Assembly (NCBI GenBank): GCA_965603825.1
Contig: CBFDEM010000020.1
Span: forward strand, 248,001 to 312,000
Length of the DNA stretch: 64,000 nt
Source of the DNA: Blepharisma stoltei ATCC 30299
Taxonomy: Eukaryota > Protista > Ciliophora
Direction of reading: 5' to 3'
Shown here: positions 34,885-48,504 of the stretch, piece after piece
Layout of the letters: each line of letters starts with the position of its first letter
Numbering within the stretch: the stretch's first letter is position 1
Program-made: the position numbers and the translations under genes
The notes under the pieces: generated by a model
What the model was told of the DNA's origin: nothing
The model's database searches: none
What the model saw: only the letters and a program-made list of their open reading frames with translations

Positions 34885-35730
34885 ATGGAATGTGGAGTTT
34901 GCTTAAACGAATATGATTCTCGTAATCATGTTCCTACCTTGCTTGACTGTGGGCACACATTGTGTAGAAACTGTATAGAAGATCTCCTCTCATCAGAGCA
35001 AAAACTGTGCCCTATTGATAGAAATCCAATCGGCACCCGATTAGTTCCGAACTATGAATTACTAAGCCTACTAGAGCTCAGATGTCAAAATCCTATAAGA
35101 AATCTTAACGAAAACGAGTTGAAATGCAAAAATGGTCATTTTTTAGCCTGCAGTGAAGATTTTAAAGCAGAATACGAAGGCGCAGGTTTAATGTTTAAGT
35201 GCAAACTTTGCAAACGTGAAATAAACGATGGCTGATTATGCAAATTTTGTGTATTTCCTATATGTGATGAGTGCAAAAGATGGTCAACTGATACACAAGA
35301 GATCAATGACCCTGGAATCGTTTGTGTAAAAAATCATAAAATCCGACTCACTCCAAATGCTGAAGAATGGAACTCGAGGATCGGAAGATGAAAAAATGGG
35401 AAATTTTTATGTGATACTTGTCTTGTTAAAAAAACTGGGGCTAGTGCTCAATGCCGAACCTGCAATTTTGACATGTGTGCTGATTGTTTATATAAATTAA
35501 GACAAGTTTTATCAATGGTTGAATACTTAATTTGCAAAAATAAGCATCCGCTTGTTTGGCTTCCTGATTTTGTTACATCAAGAAATAAAGACTTTGCTTG
35601 CAATGGCTGCAAGAAGAGGTTTAATAAATCGGGAAGCTTCAACTGTGGGCTTTGTAGATTTGATTTATGCATTTTATGTGCAGAAAGCAGAATTGTTAAA
35701 ATGAGAAATTCTATTCATGAATTGTTATAA
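34885..35730 (+). CDS. RING-HC protein with three Cys/His repeats, paralog B
   Basis: MECGVC...PTLLDCGHTLCRNC; collinear with paralog A. TGAs at 35233 and 35389 are read as Trp. Confidence 0.85.
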
Positions 35731-35787
35731 AGTTCAAGTAATAATCTACTGAAATGATAATAGGTTTAATTATTTATAATAAATACT

Positions 35788-36513
35788 TTACATGTCTTCT
35801 AACTCATCCAAATTAAGTGTACTCTTTGAAATGGAGACAAATTTAGTTAAATCCCCATCATTTTCATCTGGCGTCATCCATTTTGACCTATAAATCGCTC
35901 TCTTTACCATTTCTACGTTATAAAGCCAAAGGCAGCCGGCACTTTGTTTTTTATTAAGCTCATTATAATGTCTTTCAAAGATCTCTGAGTTTATTTCATA
36001 TTTACAGCTAAATAAATTCAGAAATTCTATTTCCATTAGGCATATCGTCTCAACGTCCATTTCAGGAAACAGCTGGACGAATTCATAAGTGTCTAAGTGG
36101 TTCGAGCTAAAAACTTTCTGTGAAGTCAATGCAGAAATGAACAAAATCTTCATTCAGTTGGATTCTCCAATAGGGATTTCTGTAATCTCCAAAAATCGCT
36201 TAATATAGATATAGATTAATGAACAGCATTCTGCATTAAGCTTCGCAGAATTGCACACATAGGATACAAAGTCTAAAATCACCTTCCTGTCGAACTTTAC
36301 TTTGTTTTGACCACAATTTAAGAAGTCTGCCTTAAAATTGTTACTGCAGCTTCCAGCTGGTAAACTGGCCTTTTTTGTGGAGTTTTTGGCACTTTCACAG
36401 AACAGATCGTGCAAAATGGATGAAAGGGACTCGAATACTTCTTGCTGGCTAGGATAAATGCTGATTCGGCAATGATTACTCTCGTGCTTGGTGTTGTTTA
36501 TTTTTGATGGCAT
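35788..36513 (-). CDS. Divergent cyclin Y/PHO80-like protein
   Basis: AECCSLIYIYIKRFLE...SN-W(TGA 36154-36156)-MKILFISALTSQKV...MEIEFLNL. Confidence 0.75.
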
Positions 36514-37063
36514 ATTTTATATTATGAGTCATCAATTTCGATTATAGAAAAAATGAGAAAGGCTAGAATTCTTAGGAATTCAAAATTATTTAAATTGCAG
36601 CCAGATATAATTGTTGCCTTTTTGGCTTAATGAATAAATTATCTGGGATAAATGGAAAATCCATTTAAAAAGGGTCGGTTTTATTTTCTAGGACATTAAT
36701 TGTTCTGAATGCTGGCGTTAAAAAAAAGCTCATTTATAAATCCGATAGAATCAGGGATGAAGTTTCCAAAAATTCTGACTAGGGTTAAAATTTTTGAAGT
36801 AAAAGACTGCTGAATTCAAAAACTGAGCTTATTTCGAATATAAATTGCCATTTATTTAAAAGGCAAGTGCCATACTAAGCTATTTTGATTAATAGATAAA
36901 ACAATAAAGAGCTTTTTGATGTAATGAGAAATTGGTGAGTGTCAGCCATAATGAAATCTTATTAGAATCAAAATATTTATTTTATAAATTATAAACTATC
37001 AAAAAGAAATTTTCAAAGTGTTTTTTGTATAAAAATTTTGTTTCGTGACATATTAATTATCAA

Positions 37064-37873
37064 ATGTCACTATTTCAGAAAATTTTAGAAAAGGTTTCTC
37101 AAAAGTGAGAAAAGACAACATGAAAAATGACTATGGTTGTTGGCAGTGCCGTAACAATAGCACTTATTCTAATATTTGCCAGCCATCGTAAAAAAGCAGC
37201 CCCAGCTTTACACTCCACACCACAAAATTCCAAAAAAATTGAATCCCATCAAATCGATCCTTTTACTCCAAGTTCCGATCTTTCTGCAGAACTGAATAAA
37301 AAACTCCTAACAAAGTCTGCTTTATTAAAAATTCTGCACCTTGTAAATGAAAAGCTACGCCAAGATTTCGTAAAAATTATATAGAAACCTATCAAAGAGC
37401 AAAATCGTCACGAAAGACGAAAACTGAAAAAAAATTCCCAAGAAAGCTATCAAGAATTTCTTAAATCTTCTATATCTGATGAACTGAAATTTACGGAACA
37501 AGTTTTAGATGGAGTTTTAGCGGAATCTCAAATTAATAAAGAAAAGTTCAATGAAGCTCTAAAGCTTTATCAAGAAGATGATGAAATCATAGGATGCATA
37601 AATAATTCAGAATTTGAAGCAAGCAGAGGTTTATTGCCTAAATTAGAAATTTGTGTAGAAGTTTTAAATTTTGAGCTTGAATATTGGAATGAAAAATCCT
37701 CAAATAACACCACCACACAAGCGAAGCTAGAAAATAAATGTATTCTAGAAGACGAAATCCTAGAGAAATGGGGAGCAGAGATAGGAGATGTGCATTTATT
37801 AGCTAAAAATAGTAAAGAAAACAGAAAAAAACTTTTAGGGTTATATAATAAAGTAAGAGAAATTTGCCCATAG
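37064..37873 (+). CDS. Hypothetical protein with N-terminal TM anchor (one intron)
   Basis: ATG at 37064, two TGA=Trp, a hydrophobic helix, and 15-nt intron GTAAAAATTATATAG (37370-37384). Confidence 0.7.
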
Positions 37874-37894
37874 TTTAAGCTAAAACGATTAAAA

Positions 37895-38749
37895 ATGGGA
37901 TGCTTGTGATCACGAAACAAATGGGAACAAGAAGAAAGGCTTGTATTGGACAGCGAAAACTGCTTAAAACTCAATAAAAAACACTGTAAGAAAATTGTAT
38001 CTGTTTTTCATAGAATGACTAAACTTTTTCACTTGAACTTAACTCAGTTTGAATCAGCTCTACGAGAACTCAAAATAGAGACTGACGAAGAAACAATGAA
38101 GTTTTTCGAACTCTTTAAAGAAGACCCTAATGATTCATATTTCTTTAACAATTTAGAAGTCAAGCCAAACCTAAAAGGCGAAGAATATTTATACTCAGTC
38201 AAAAAATTAAGCGTTCTAGCTATCTTTTTTGGAAAAGGAAACACTGAAGAAAAGATTAATGCGCTATTTAATATATATGATATTGATCTTTCAAAAAGAT
38301 TGTCATTGACTGAGCTGGGTGTAATGCTGAAAGATATCGGAGAAATATCATTGCACCATCTTCCAAGATTAGCGACTGTAAAATACCCAAATAAGATGAG
38401 CGAAATTATGAAGTATAGCAAATGCTTAAGCAAAATGGAAGAAGGACTCATAGAATATTTTAAATACTTGATTTGTGGGTTTCGAGTAAGAGAAATAACC
38501 CTCCACGAGTTTGTCGAAGCTTTTGAACAAGACGAACTACAAATTATTTTGAATGCAGCTGAAATAAGAAATTTTGCGATAAGGGCATATGAAGATGCAT
38601 TAATCCAGAAAATCGAGAGAAAAAAGGAAACTAATCTAGACTCCGACGATATTCAAGAAATTACTCTTGAGAGACGTCATACCACTTGGAATAAACGTAA
38701 AATCCGCAAAAAATTCAACAAGAAAAAAACAGCTGACGTCCAAGTTTAG
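37895..38749 (+). CDS. Myristoylated EF-hand protein (calcineurin-B/NCS-like)
   Basis: MGCL-W(TGA)-SR start; GNTEEKINALFNIYDIDLSKRLSLTEL. Confidence 0.75.
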
Positions 38750-38766
38750 ATTTTTTTTTAAATTAT

Positions 38767-40542
38767 TTAATTTCATTTTGCTGTTACAACTCGAGGTGAA
38801 CTCCAGTTAAAAACTGAAGGAGAAATATTTAATTCTATTTCCCATTTTTTTACTTTTTCACTATTAATAATGTCTTTGGTTTTTGGCCTATTCTTGGTAG
38901 CGCAAAGCCACGAAACTAACTCACATTCAGGTTTCTCTCTGATTTCAATAGGAAAACTTGCTTGGTTTTTTAAAATTTTGGATCTTTCACTTCTAGTCAT
39001 TTTTGGAAATAAAAGTTCTAATAAAATTTTGCCAAGCTGATATACGTCTTTTTGTCGGTTTTCCTTTATAAGTAGGCCTGATTTCCCCTCATCACTGAAA
39101 TTATGTAGCTTAAAGTCACCAATTTTCACGCTTAAATCATCGTTTAAGAATATATTTGATGACTTTAAATCTCCGTGAGCTAGTTTTTGGCTATGTATGC
39201 TATGGACTCCCTTTACAATTTGTCTGAAAATCTTATAAGTGCTGACCCTATCACATTTCCCTTCATTCTCAATCCACTTGTCAAGTGAAACTCCTGACAT
39301 AAACTCAGTTTGCATATATAAGTAAAAGGTCAGATATGCAGAATTTTCTTCTGAAAAATCAAAGGAAGGAGACGTAAAATTGTCTGGTGCGGAGGCTTCA
39401 ATCCAAGAACTATAATACCGCTTTAGATATCTTGAATGGAGCTTTGACATATGTAAAACTTCTTTAAAAAGCTTGTGCTCTTTAATGTTTTCTTTTATCC
39501 CAATGTGAAGCTCAACCACTTTTACTGCATAAAGGTGTCCATCCAGCCTATGCCTTGCTTGATAAATCTGCCCAACTTTGCTTTTGCCAAGCTGGCCGAC
39601 CATTTCAAAGGAGTTTGCGAATTTCCCATCCTCAAGGATTTTTGAGTATTTTTGCATTTCTTGTTCTAGGTCTTTGTTGAGGCTGGATTCAGAAAATGAC
39701 CCAGAATAGTGAAGAACTAAATTGGTGGATTTGTTAGAATTAGTCCATTCAGGCATTGAAAGCTGGATTTCAGTGATGAGGCTTTCTGAGTCAATTGTGC
39801 TTTTGGAGTCACTTTCGAATAAAAATCGGTTGCAGTTGCTTTTTATAGGCGAAGATGCCATGAAATCTAGGAAACTAGGAGTAGCTGGGTCTGTATTAGT
39901 TTCATTTTCTTCTAATACTGAGTTATCTTCATCTATATCAAGTACAAAGCTTATATCAATTTCTTGAATTTCTTTGGACTTTTCACATTTCTTTAGCTTT
40001 TTTCCAATGAAAAATCCAAAAATCACAGCAAAACTTATCAAAATTCCCATTAGTCCAGTCTCCCATGAAACGTCTGCGAACAAGCTGGCATTTTTCGGCA
40101 GATTTTTTGTTTTTATTTCTTTTTCATCAGTCTTTGGCACTTCGATTTGTAAAATATTATACAGGGATGATTGGGATTGGATTTGTAAAATTTCTGCATT
40201 TTTTAATCTGCGGAAATTAAAAAGAGACGAAGCTGGAAGAAGGGAAGTGGATTTAAAAGTAAGAGATCTCTCGTAGTAATTGAGGTAGAAGGCATTAAGT
40301 TTTGTATATTCGGGAAATTTATTTTGACACGCTAAATCACCTTGAAGAGATTTAGCTTTTGTTGATAATTGATTGAAATTGGTGGCTAAGCTTTGAAAGT
40401 TTTGCTCTCATTGCGAGTTTTTTGCTGAAGTTGGGTTTATGATAAAGATGTAAAAAATCGTAACAGCACTGGCTATGAATACAAAGCAAGATATCCTTGA
40501 AGAAAATACTCTCATACGCTGGATAATTGCTTTATAACCCAT
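38767..40542 (-). CDS. Transmembrane eIF2alpha-kinase-like protein, probable pseudokinase
   Basis: Two hydrophobic segments, then ARHRLDGHLYAVK, RYYSSWIE, LYMQTEF, HGDLKSSNIF, KIGDFK. No APE segment. Confidence 0.75.
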
Positions 40543-40888
40543 TTTTAACAGATACTTTTATTTGGACCATTTTAAATGTTCACCTAAATTTTGTTTATCG
40601 TTCTCAATTAATTGCTTAGAATCTAATATTCTTATTTTCCATATGTCAACTAATTGTAACTTTACTATATGGAAATTATTAGTAAGGTTTCTTAATATTA
40701 ATTACAACCTCGTGCCATTTTCCATTAATTTATACTTCCTCAGAATTTGAACTCGCAACCAAATCTTCTTTAATAAGACTCCGGGCTTCATTTAATTTGG
40801 CAGCGATAAAAACGGTTCTTTTGCCCCAATTTTGCTTAAATCCTGAGTAGCCTTAAAATTTTAAAATTTTAAAAATTTCCATAATAAA

Positions 40889-43800
40889 ATGATAGAAGAA
40901 TGCTTGAATTTTATTCTATTTTTATGTGGGACTTTAAAACCCTCAGGACTCTCTGCAATTTATTTGGCATTTGGCATAGCAATTTGATTGATTCTCCTGC
41001 TTACAGTTCAAGTTCCACGCGCTGTTTACAAATATTTAGGCATTTCTAGTGTTTTACTGAATTTATGGAAATTAGTTATGCTAATCATATTTTATTCTGA
41101 CAAAAATTCAACATTCTTCTCTGACCACAAAGAAACTCTGAAGATTCTAGGAGTTTTTTATCATAACACAAGCGAGCTCAACTATGTATCTGCTGCATCT
41201 TTTTATCCTGACTTAATGGCATTTCTTGTTAGCTTGATTGGGTATTATTATGGAAATACGAAACTTAAGCTCAGCAACAATTTCAGAAGGATGCTTAATT
41301 TATTTTTAACCTTTTCAATGGTGATGGCAAGCTGTATTTCATCATTTTCTTTTGTGAATGTACTTTATATCATTATAGCAATGTATTGGGTTTTAACTTG
41401 AAGCTATGGAATTTACCCTAGGCTATATCAGCTAGGATGCAGAGTTATATCATTTGTTACAGTAATACAGATCCTTACTTCTTATCTCTACAATATGGTT
41501 TTGCATAATTATTTTTCTTCTGTTGATGCAATTCGCTATGGAATTATATTACCTACCTACAGTGACTATTTTAATTTTTTGGTCGTTTTTGCGTTGCATG
41601 GATTTTCTACTGTCTACGCAAGAAGAGCTTTACTGAATCCAGATGAGCATAGAGCTGTTTTAATACAGCCTGAAGAGGAAATTAAAGATAATGAAGAAAA
41701 AAATTTTAATTCAACGCTTGATGATGAAGATTTAAATGATTCTGTCCCTTTTGAGTTATCAAGATCTCTATTGCAAGCTCCAAAACCGTCTTTAGAAGAG
41801 TTTTCGAGAGCGTCGCAGATACCTGAAGTTTTACAACCACCTTCTCCTCCTAAAAAGAAGATGAAAATTTCTAAAATTCCTCTACAAATCATCAAATTTA
41901 TTTATGCTGTCATTTTTTCATTTTCATTTCTATACTTAGTAGCGCGATTTTTACTATTTTTATGGATTTTTCATTACATGAGTATTTTAGGATGTTTTGA
42001 GATGCTGTGGCTATTTTACTCTTTGATAGACGATGATGATAGTCGAACGATAAAAACTGTCAGATATATCTTATGTCCAATGCTAGTTATTCAGTTTTTT
42101 ACTACTTATGTCCTCAATATATTTGATATTAATCCTAATAGTCAGTACGGATTCCCTAAGCTGGTTTTTCCAGCACTCGATGTTGGTTTTCAGCTTTTAA
42201 CTATTTTTTTATTTTTATATCTCACAAGATCAATCCGCAAAATGATCAAAAAGCAGGCAAAAACTGATGGAAACTCATCTTGAGAAATGCTATTAACCAT
42301 AGTTTTACAGAACGCAGACAAGTTTTCTATAAGCGTTTTATTTGTAGTCGGCCTCTCTGCTATAAATTTAGTTCATACAGGATTTATGATAATTTGCTTG
42401 TTTTTCATGCTAAATTTTAATTTAGCCAAAAAGTTTTGGATTGTTTTGGTGATTTATACAATGACTGTCCTCTTTATAAGATACTTATGGCTGCTTATTT
42501 TATCTCTTATTAATAAGGATAGCTTAAATGAGACATTGCTAGATTTCATTGGTCTTCCTATAGAAAATAATGCTAAAGATGACAAAGTAAATATTCTTCC
42601 TTATGATTTTTTAGTATGAGTACTATTATTTTCAGCAGCCATGCAATTAAGGGCTTACAAGGCAACTATGTTTTCTCTTGTTTATCATCAGTTTACAAGG
42701 GAAGAATTTGCTAAAAATCATCCACTTATTATGAAATCTATTATGAAAATGTATAGATGGTATTATAAAGTAGAAATGTGGGCAATTTATCTGTTTATCT
42801 TTCTACTTTTTTTGATAGCAAAATTAAATTGACTAAACTTTGCAAGAATGGTTTTGGGATGCGGGTATTTGCTTATTCATTTATATGGAAATTTGAACGA
42901 AATTTCAAAAAATTATATGAAAGTTAAGTCCATATGGCCTATAATTGTGTATTATAGTGGAATTTTACTAGTAACCAGGTACGTTTATCAGTTTATTCCT
43001 TTTATAAAAGCTATTAAACATTATAATTTTTCTTTTATTGGGCTCGAGGTTTATAGTTCGAGCGATTTATATGAGAGTATGGTCACTGATTGCTTATTAT
43101 TGATTTTTACTGTATTGGGCTCCAGGTCACATAAAAAGGACGATGTAAAATTTCGGCCATCTACCTCTGACCAATTTGAGGATGTTGGACTTATACAAGG
43201 GCTTATCCAAGCTAATATGTCTATTATTGAACAAGATATTGGGCAAAATTCTTATTTTAAATTTATTCACCCTTGGTTTCAGCTTATAATCTTTTTAGCA
43301 ATTTCTATATTGGCATCACAGTGGAAGCTTTCAATTTCTATGGGAGCTTATATTGCAATAATAGAAATTTATTATTTTTTCAATACTTTATATATGTCAG
43401 AGTATATTCAAAAAAAATCATCTCTTGACTCTGAAAAAGAGTACTGATACCGTTCGTTGCTATGAACAGCTTTATTTATAGCCACTCTATGCAACTTAAT
43501 ACTCTCTTACTTAGGATTTATAATAAACAAAGATTTCATGGGCGATAATTCTGATAATATTTTATGGTTTTATGTATGGATTGGATATGAGAAGCCTGAT
43601 GAAAGTTTTCTAATAAAAAATTGTTATGGCTACTTAATACTACTCATTTTTCTAGTAATTGAAAGGCATTGCCTTGAGTTTATTTTGTTTGAAAAAGTCC
43701 TTTTGAGTGATGAAGAAAAGCTTCAGGCGAAGAAAAGCAAAATTCTCGTGAAGTTTTTGAACTTTTTAAGGGTATTAGCAGAAGCATTAGTTCCTATGTT

Positions 43801-46800
43801 TATCCTTTTAATTGCATTCAGCAAATTAACATTTGTTAGTGTGATATATGTAATTGGGGTATTTTTATCAATTTTACTAGGAACGACTTTTACAAGAACA
43901 AAATTTTTAAATTATTTATTGCTCACTATGACACTTGTGCAATATGCTTTACTTGTCGGAAACCTACAAAACAAAAATTCTCCCACTTCTCTACCTGCTG
44001 ACAGTCCAATTAATGTTCCATGGTACCTGCACAAAACATGGGAAAATGATGATGTCCCAGTATTTTTTGGCTTAGGAACCAGTATAGGCCAGCTTCACAG
44101 CATTATATGGGATTTATTAACTCTATTATTTTTATATATCTATTACACATTTCTGTCAGCCAAAGAAAATGAGCTTGAAATGCTTGGTGATGAGGAAGAA
44201 GTGGTAGATTTGTCAAGTTCAGAAAAAAGTCATAGGCAGAGCGAAAAAGAAAAAAGTGAGGAAAGTAAAAGTGATGAAGAAGAGGAAAAAATTGAAGTGG
44301 AAAAACTTGATATTTTTAAAGACTCACACTCTCTTGAGAAGATTGAAGAAGCTAAAGACACTTCGCTGGAGTCTTCTAGCTCGAATAGTTCTACTGGTTC
44401 TATTGATAGATTTTTAGAAGAATCTAAACAGCAACATTCAAGAGTCCCCAGTGCAGCTCCTGCTAGGAGTGAAACTTCCCATCATTCGCTTCCTCAGAGC
44501 CTCCCACAAACATTTAGCAATGCTCCAGAAATCAACAGGAATTCTGAAGAAATCCCATTTGGGACCTTTGATACCGCTAAATTTGACACCGTAAAGCCAG
44601 AACCCTCAAAATTCAACAAAGAGATTCTTCTGAAATTCAAAAGCGCATTTTATAACTCTTCTCATTTCCTTATCCTTCCAATAGTGCTTCTATTTATTTC
44701 TCAAAGCCATGGCCTGATATCTGGAGTTTATTGCTTATTTTGCTTGATTTTTATATACAAATCAAATGAAATCATAAAAAGTGAAAAGAGCTGAAACCAG
44801 TATTTGAAAATCTTAAGGAATTATTTTTTGATTTTTATGCTAATTGATTTGACACTACAAATTATTTATCAATTGCCAGTTGAACAAATGCATTCTAGTA
44901 GCACGGCAACAGACTGAGTTGAATCAGCCGGTCTAATGCAACTATGAACAGCTGGTGGCAATAACCCAGACGATGTGGATAATAAACAATTGAAAATAAA
45001 TTTCAAAATTTTTACCTTTGCATTCCTCTACATGATGTACAGGATGATGAAAAGTAAAGACTTCACCGAGCACATGAAAAAACAGAGACAAAGCCTATTA
45101 GAAGAAAGCAGAAAAATAGGCTTAGAAATAGCTCATCATTTCAACGACAAAAGGATTGAAGAAAACAAATCTTATCAAGAAAAACGTAAAAGGTTTGAAA
45201 ATGAGCTATTAAAACTTGACCAGAACGTCAATAAATGAAGCAAAAAGTTTTACGGAGGAAATGAAAGCAAAAAAAGCTCTATTGGATATATGTTAAGGCA
45301 AAGAGATAGGAGATTTACCTCGAAAATAAGATTTTCAAGGGCAAGCGGTATTGGCCAGCCTTCTTCATCTGCAGCTCCATTAGAAGCTGTGGCTACTGAG
45401 CAAAAAGAATCCTTTAAAATCCGCTTCCAAAACCTGCTGATAAACTTGATCAATCCTGTGATTTTCAAAAACTATATCAAAAAGCTTAAAGAGCACGAAA
45501 AGAAAAATATATCGCAGGATGTTACTCCTATTAAAATTGAAGAAATTAGGTTTCCTGACTCTTCGCCTATGGGAGAGCAAGATGAGCTAGAAGAAGAAGT
45601 CAATCTTAAAGATGATCTGCCAAAGCAAAGAGCTGAATATGACTTGACGTGGAAAAATTATATTGTACTGATAGCATATGCAATTGCAAGCAACACAGAA
45701 TATTTAGTCATTCTGTTTTTCTTCGTGAATCACTTTGTATATGCCAGCTTGGAGTCTGCTGTTTTTCCGTTATCTGTGCTAGGCTATGCGATGCTTGAGT
45801 ACCCTCGGCCTCCTGCTAGGTATTTTAGATATATGCTTTTGTATACCATTATTGTATTTTTTATCAAATACTGTTTACAATTCCAACTGTGAGGGTACGT
45901 ATTTGCGAACCTGGATAAATATGAAGATACATATAAAATTGGGTTTAACCTGGCTTCAAATACTTATAGCCAGAATTTATTTGTTTATATTTTCTGGGAT
46001 GTTGTAGTCATGCTTTTACTGATTTTCCACGAATATTACTTGCTTAGGGTAGGGTTATGGCCACATACAGAATTTGATTTAGAAAGCTTAAAAGAAGCAA
46101 AAAAAAGGAAACTCTTGGAAATGGCTAACGAGGAAACAGTTGAGCAGTCACAAATCCAAATTCGGCCATTTAAAGAGCCTCAAAGATCTCTTTACCAAAA
46201 AATTCGAGCTTTTTATGGAAGAATTTTACCAAGAAACAAAGAAGAAAAACCTGGCTGAGATTTATATACTCCTACAGTGCTTGCCCAATTACTTATCTTT
46301 TTATATATTTTGTGCTTCTTTTCTGATATGGATGGGCAATCTACAAATATATCAAGATCCTTTGTGTAACCTTTATTTAGTGCCAATCAATTTTCTGGAA
46401 GAATGGTTATAGCTCTGATTTTACAAATGGCAGCAATAATTTTCGAACGTTTTTTATACCTGACTCGCACATCCCAAGCATTAAAATTAGCTTTACTAAG
46501 ACTGAGTAATGTAAAAAATGAAGAAATTTGTCAAATACAGTGGGACAGGCCTTTACAAATAAAATTATTGTGGCATATTTTGCTCCTTTTGACCATTCAT
46601 TGGCTTGTTTTTTGGTATTTTCCACTATATGGGAATTATATGATGGTGGGAGAATATAACTGCCAAAGCAAATATGATAATGAAAGATGCAACAATTTTC
46701 AAATAAATTATTCGCTAGAAGGCTTCTATGTTCTCTATATGATTTATTTCATAATAGCTTCTTTACAAATCCAGCATGGTCTACCAAGCTTTAGAACTGG

Positions 46801-48070
46801 ATCTTTTCCTTTACAAAGAAATGTATCAAGTGGATCTCGATATGGGTTTTTGCTGTATAGAGCACTACCATTTATATTTGAGTTGAGGACATTGATAGAC
46901 TGGACTGCGACAAAAACTTCGTTAGACATTTTTCAGTGGTTTAAATTCGAGAATATATATGCCCGTCTTTATGTAACACAAGTGTCACAACGGTGATATG
47001 GCTCTCACGTCCGCGGACAGCCTATCAAAAAGGGCAATAAAATAGCGAATGGCTGCATTGTATTGATTTTTTTATTATGTATCATACTAATGCCATTACT
47101 TATATTCAGCTCACTAAATCCTATTATAGAATCCAATGGTGTGAAATCGTTAAGCGTAGAAATAGGAACGATTGTGGATGACAATAATTATTTTAGGCTT
47201 TATTTAGCTTCAAGAGTTAGTGATATGCATTATATTACTACAAAAGAGTGGAATGAAAACAAATTTAACAAACTCAGAACGATACAAGCGGCAGATAAAG
47301 ACCTTATGCAAATTATAGTTATGCCTACAAGTGCAGATACTGAATGAAACATGACACCGCCAAGTCAGCAGCAGCTATGCAATAGTCTGGCTGATGCCTT
47401 GGGGCCTAAAAAAACTACGATTGAGCTGCAAATTACTTATACTTTCGTCAGAAAATACCCACAAACTGTCCAAAGAATATCTGAGGAGGTCTCATACCCT
47501 TTATCAATTGAGCAAATCCTTGATTTAAATAGCGTAATTTGTCTAGGTTTTACCAATAGCTTTTCATATGAGAAATTTGACCGAATTATATATAGACTTC
47601 CAAGTGCTGGTAGTAGCATTTCACCTGATCCAATTGAGGCTACCAACAGTGTACCATATGATTTAGTCATGAATTTAAATAAAACAGATACTAATGGCTT
47701 GTTCTGGGAAGTCGGATTTCTGGACTCCGCTAAAAATTTTGTAGGGATGAATATTGTTACTATCAGTGAAAATTATAGCCCTGTCGCTTTTGGGTTTTCT
47801 GTCATAACTTTTTATGTATCTGTAGTATGACTCCTTGGAAGAATCATAAGGGCGACACTGGCTAGTGGAGGTAGCACTGGAGTATTATTAACTGATATGC
47901 CTGATCCAGAACCACTAATCAATTTATGCTCTGGGGTTTATTTGAGTCGAATGACTGGAGATTTATTGAGAGAAGAAGAACTGTATTATGAGTTGATTGA
48001 TATTTTGAGGTCACCTGAAGTTACAAAGATGCTGACAGGAAGAAGCTCAATAAAAGAAAAAAGTGATTAG
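40889..48070 (+). CDS. PIEZO: Piezo mechanosensitive ion channel (~2388 aa)
   Basis: One frame with 16 TGA=Trp and one 15-nt intron GTAACCTTTATTTAG (46366-46380). Many TM helices; PFIFELRTLIDWTATKTSLDIFQWFKFENIY and DMPDP...EEELYYELIDILRSPE hallmarks. Confidence 0.95.
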
Positions 48071-48504
48071 AATATTCTGATAAAATAATTTCTTTGCATA
48101 ATTAGCATGACTGGAAAATCAATTAAGATCAAAAATTAATTAAAATCATCAATTTCGAATAATTATAGAAATCGAAGAGAGCTCAGAGCGATAGAAAAGA
48201 AAGCCACTGAATTTTGAGACAGTCTAAAACAATTAATTTTTAAATAAAAATGATTAGATTCAAAAAAATGAACCAGAGAATCCCTAAAAATGATGTTTCC
48301 AATACTGAATAAAATATCTTGCTATAAAATGGGATTTAATTGCTAAAAATGATTATTGCTATTTGCAAATTTTAAATAAAAATTTCTGAATAAACTTCTG
48401 GCATTTAAATTAAAAAAATAGAGCAGAAATATCAAAAAATTTGTTCGGTCAAAATTTATAAAGACCTTAATAAATGCAAAATTCTAATACTAATAAATTA
48501 TTAA

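Noticed and set aside
40889-48070. TGA as selenocysteine or cysteine
   Set aside because: TGAs align with Trp/TGG in conserved motifs and paralogs, not with Cys.
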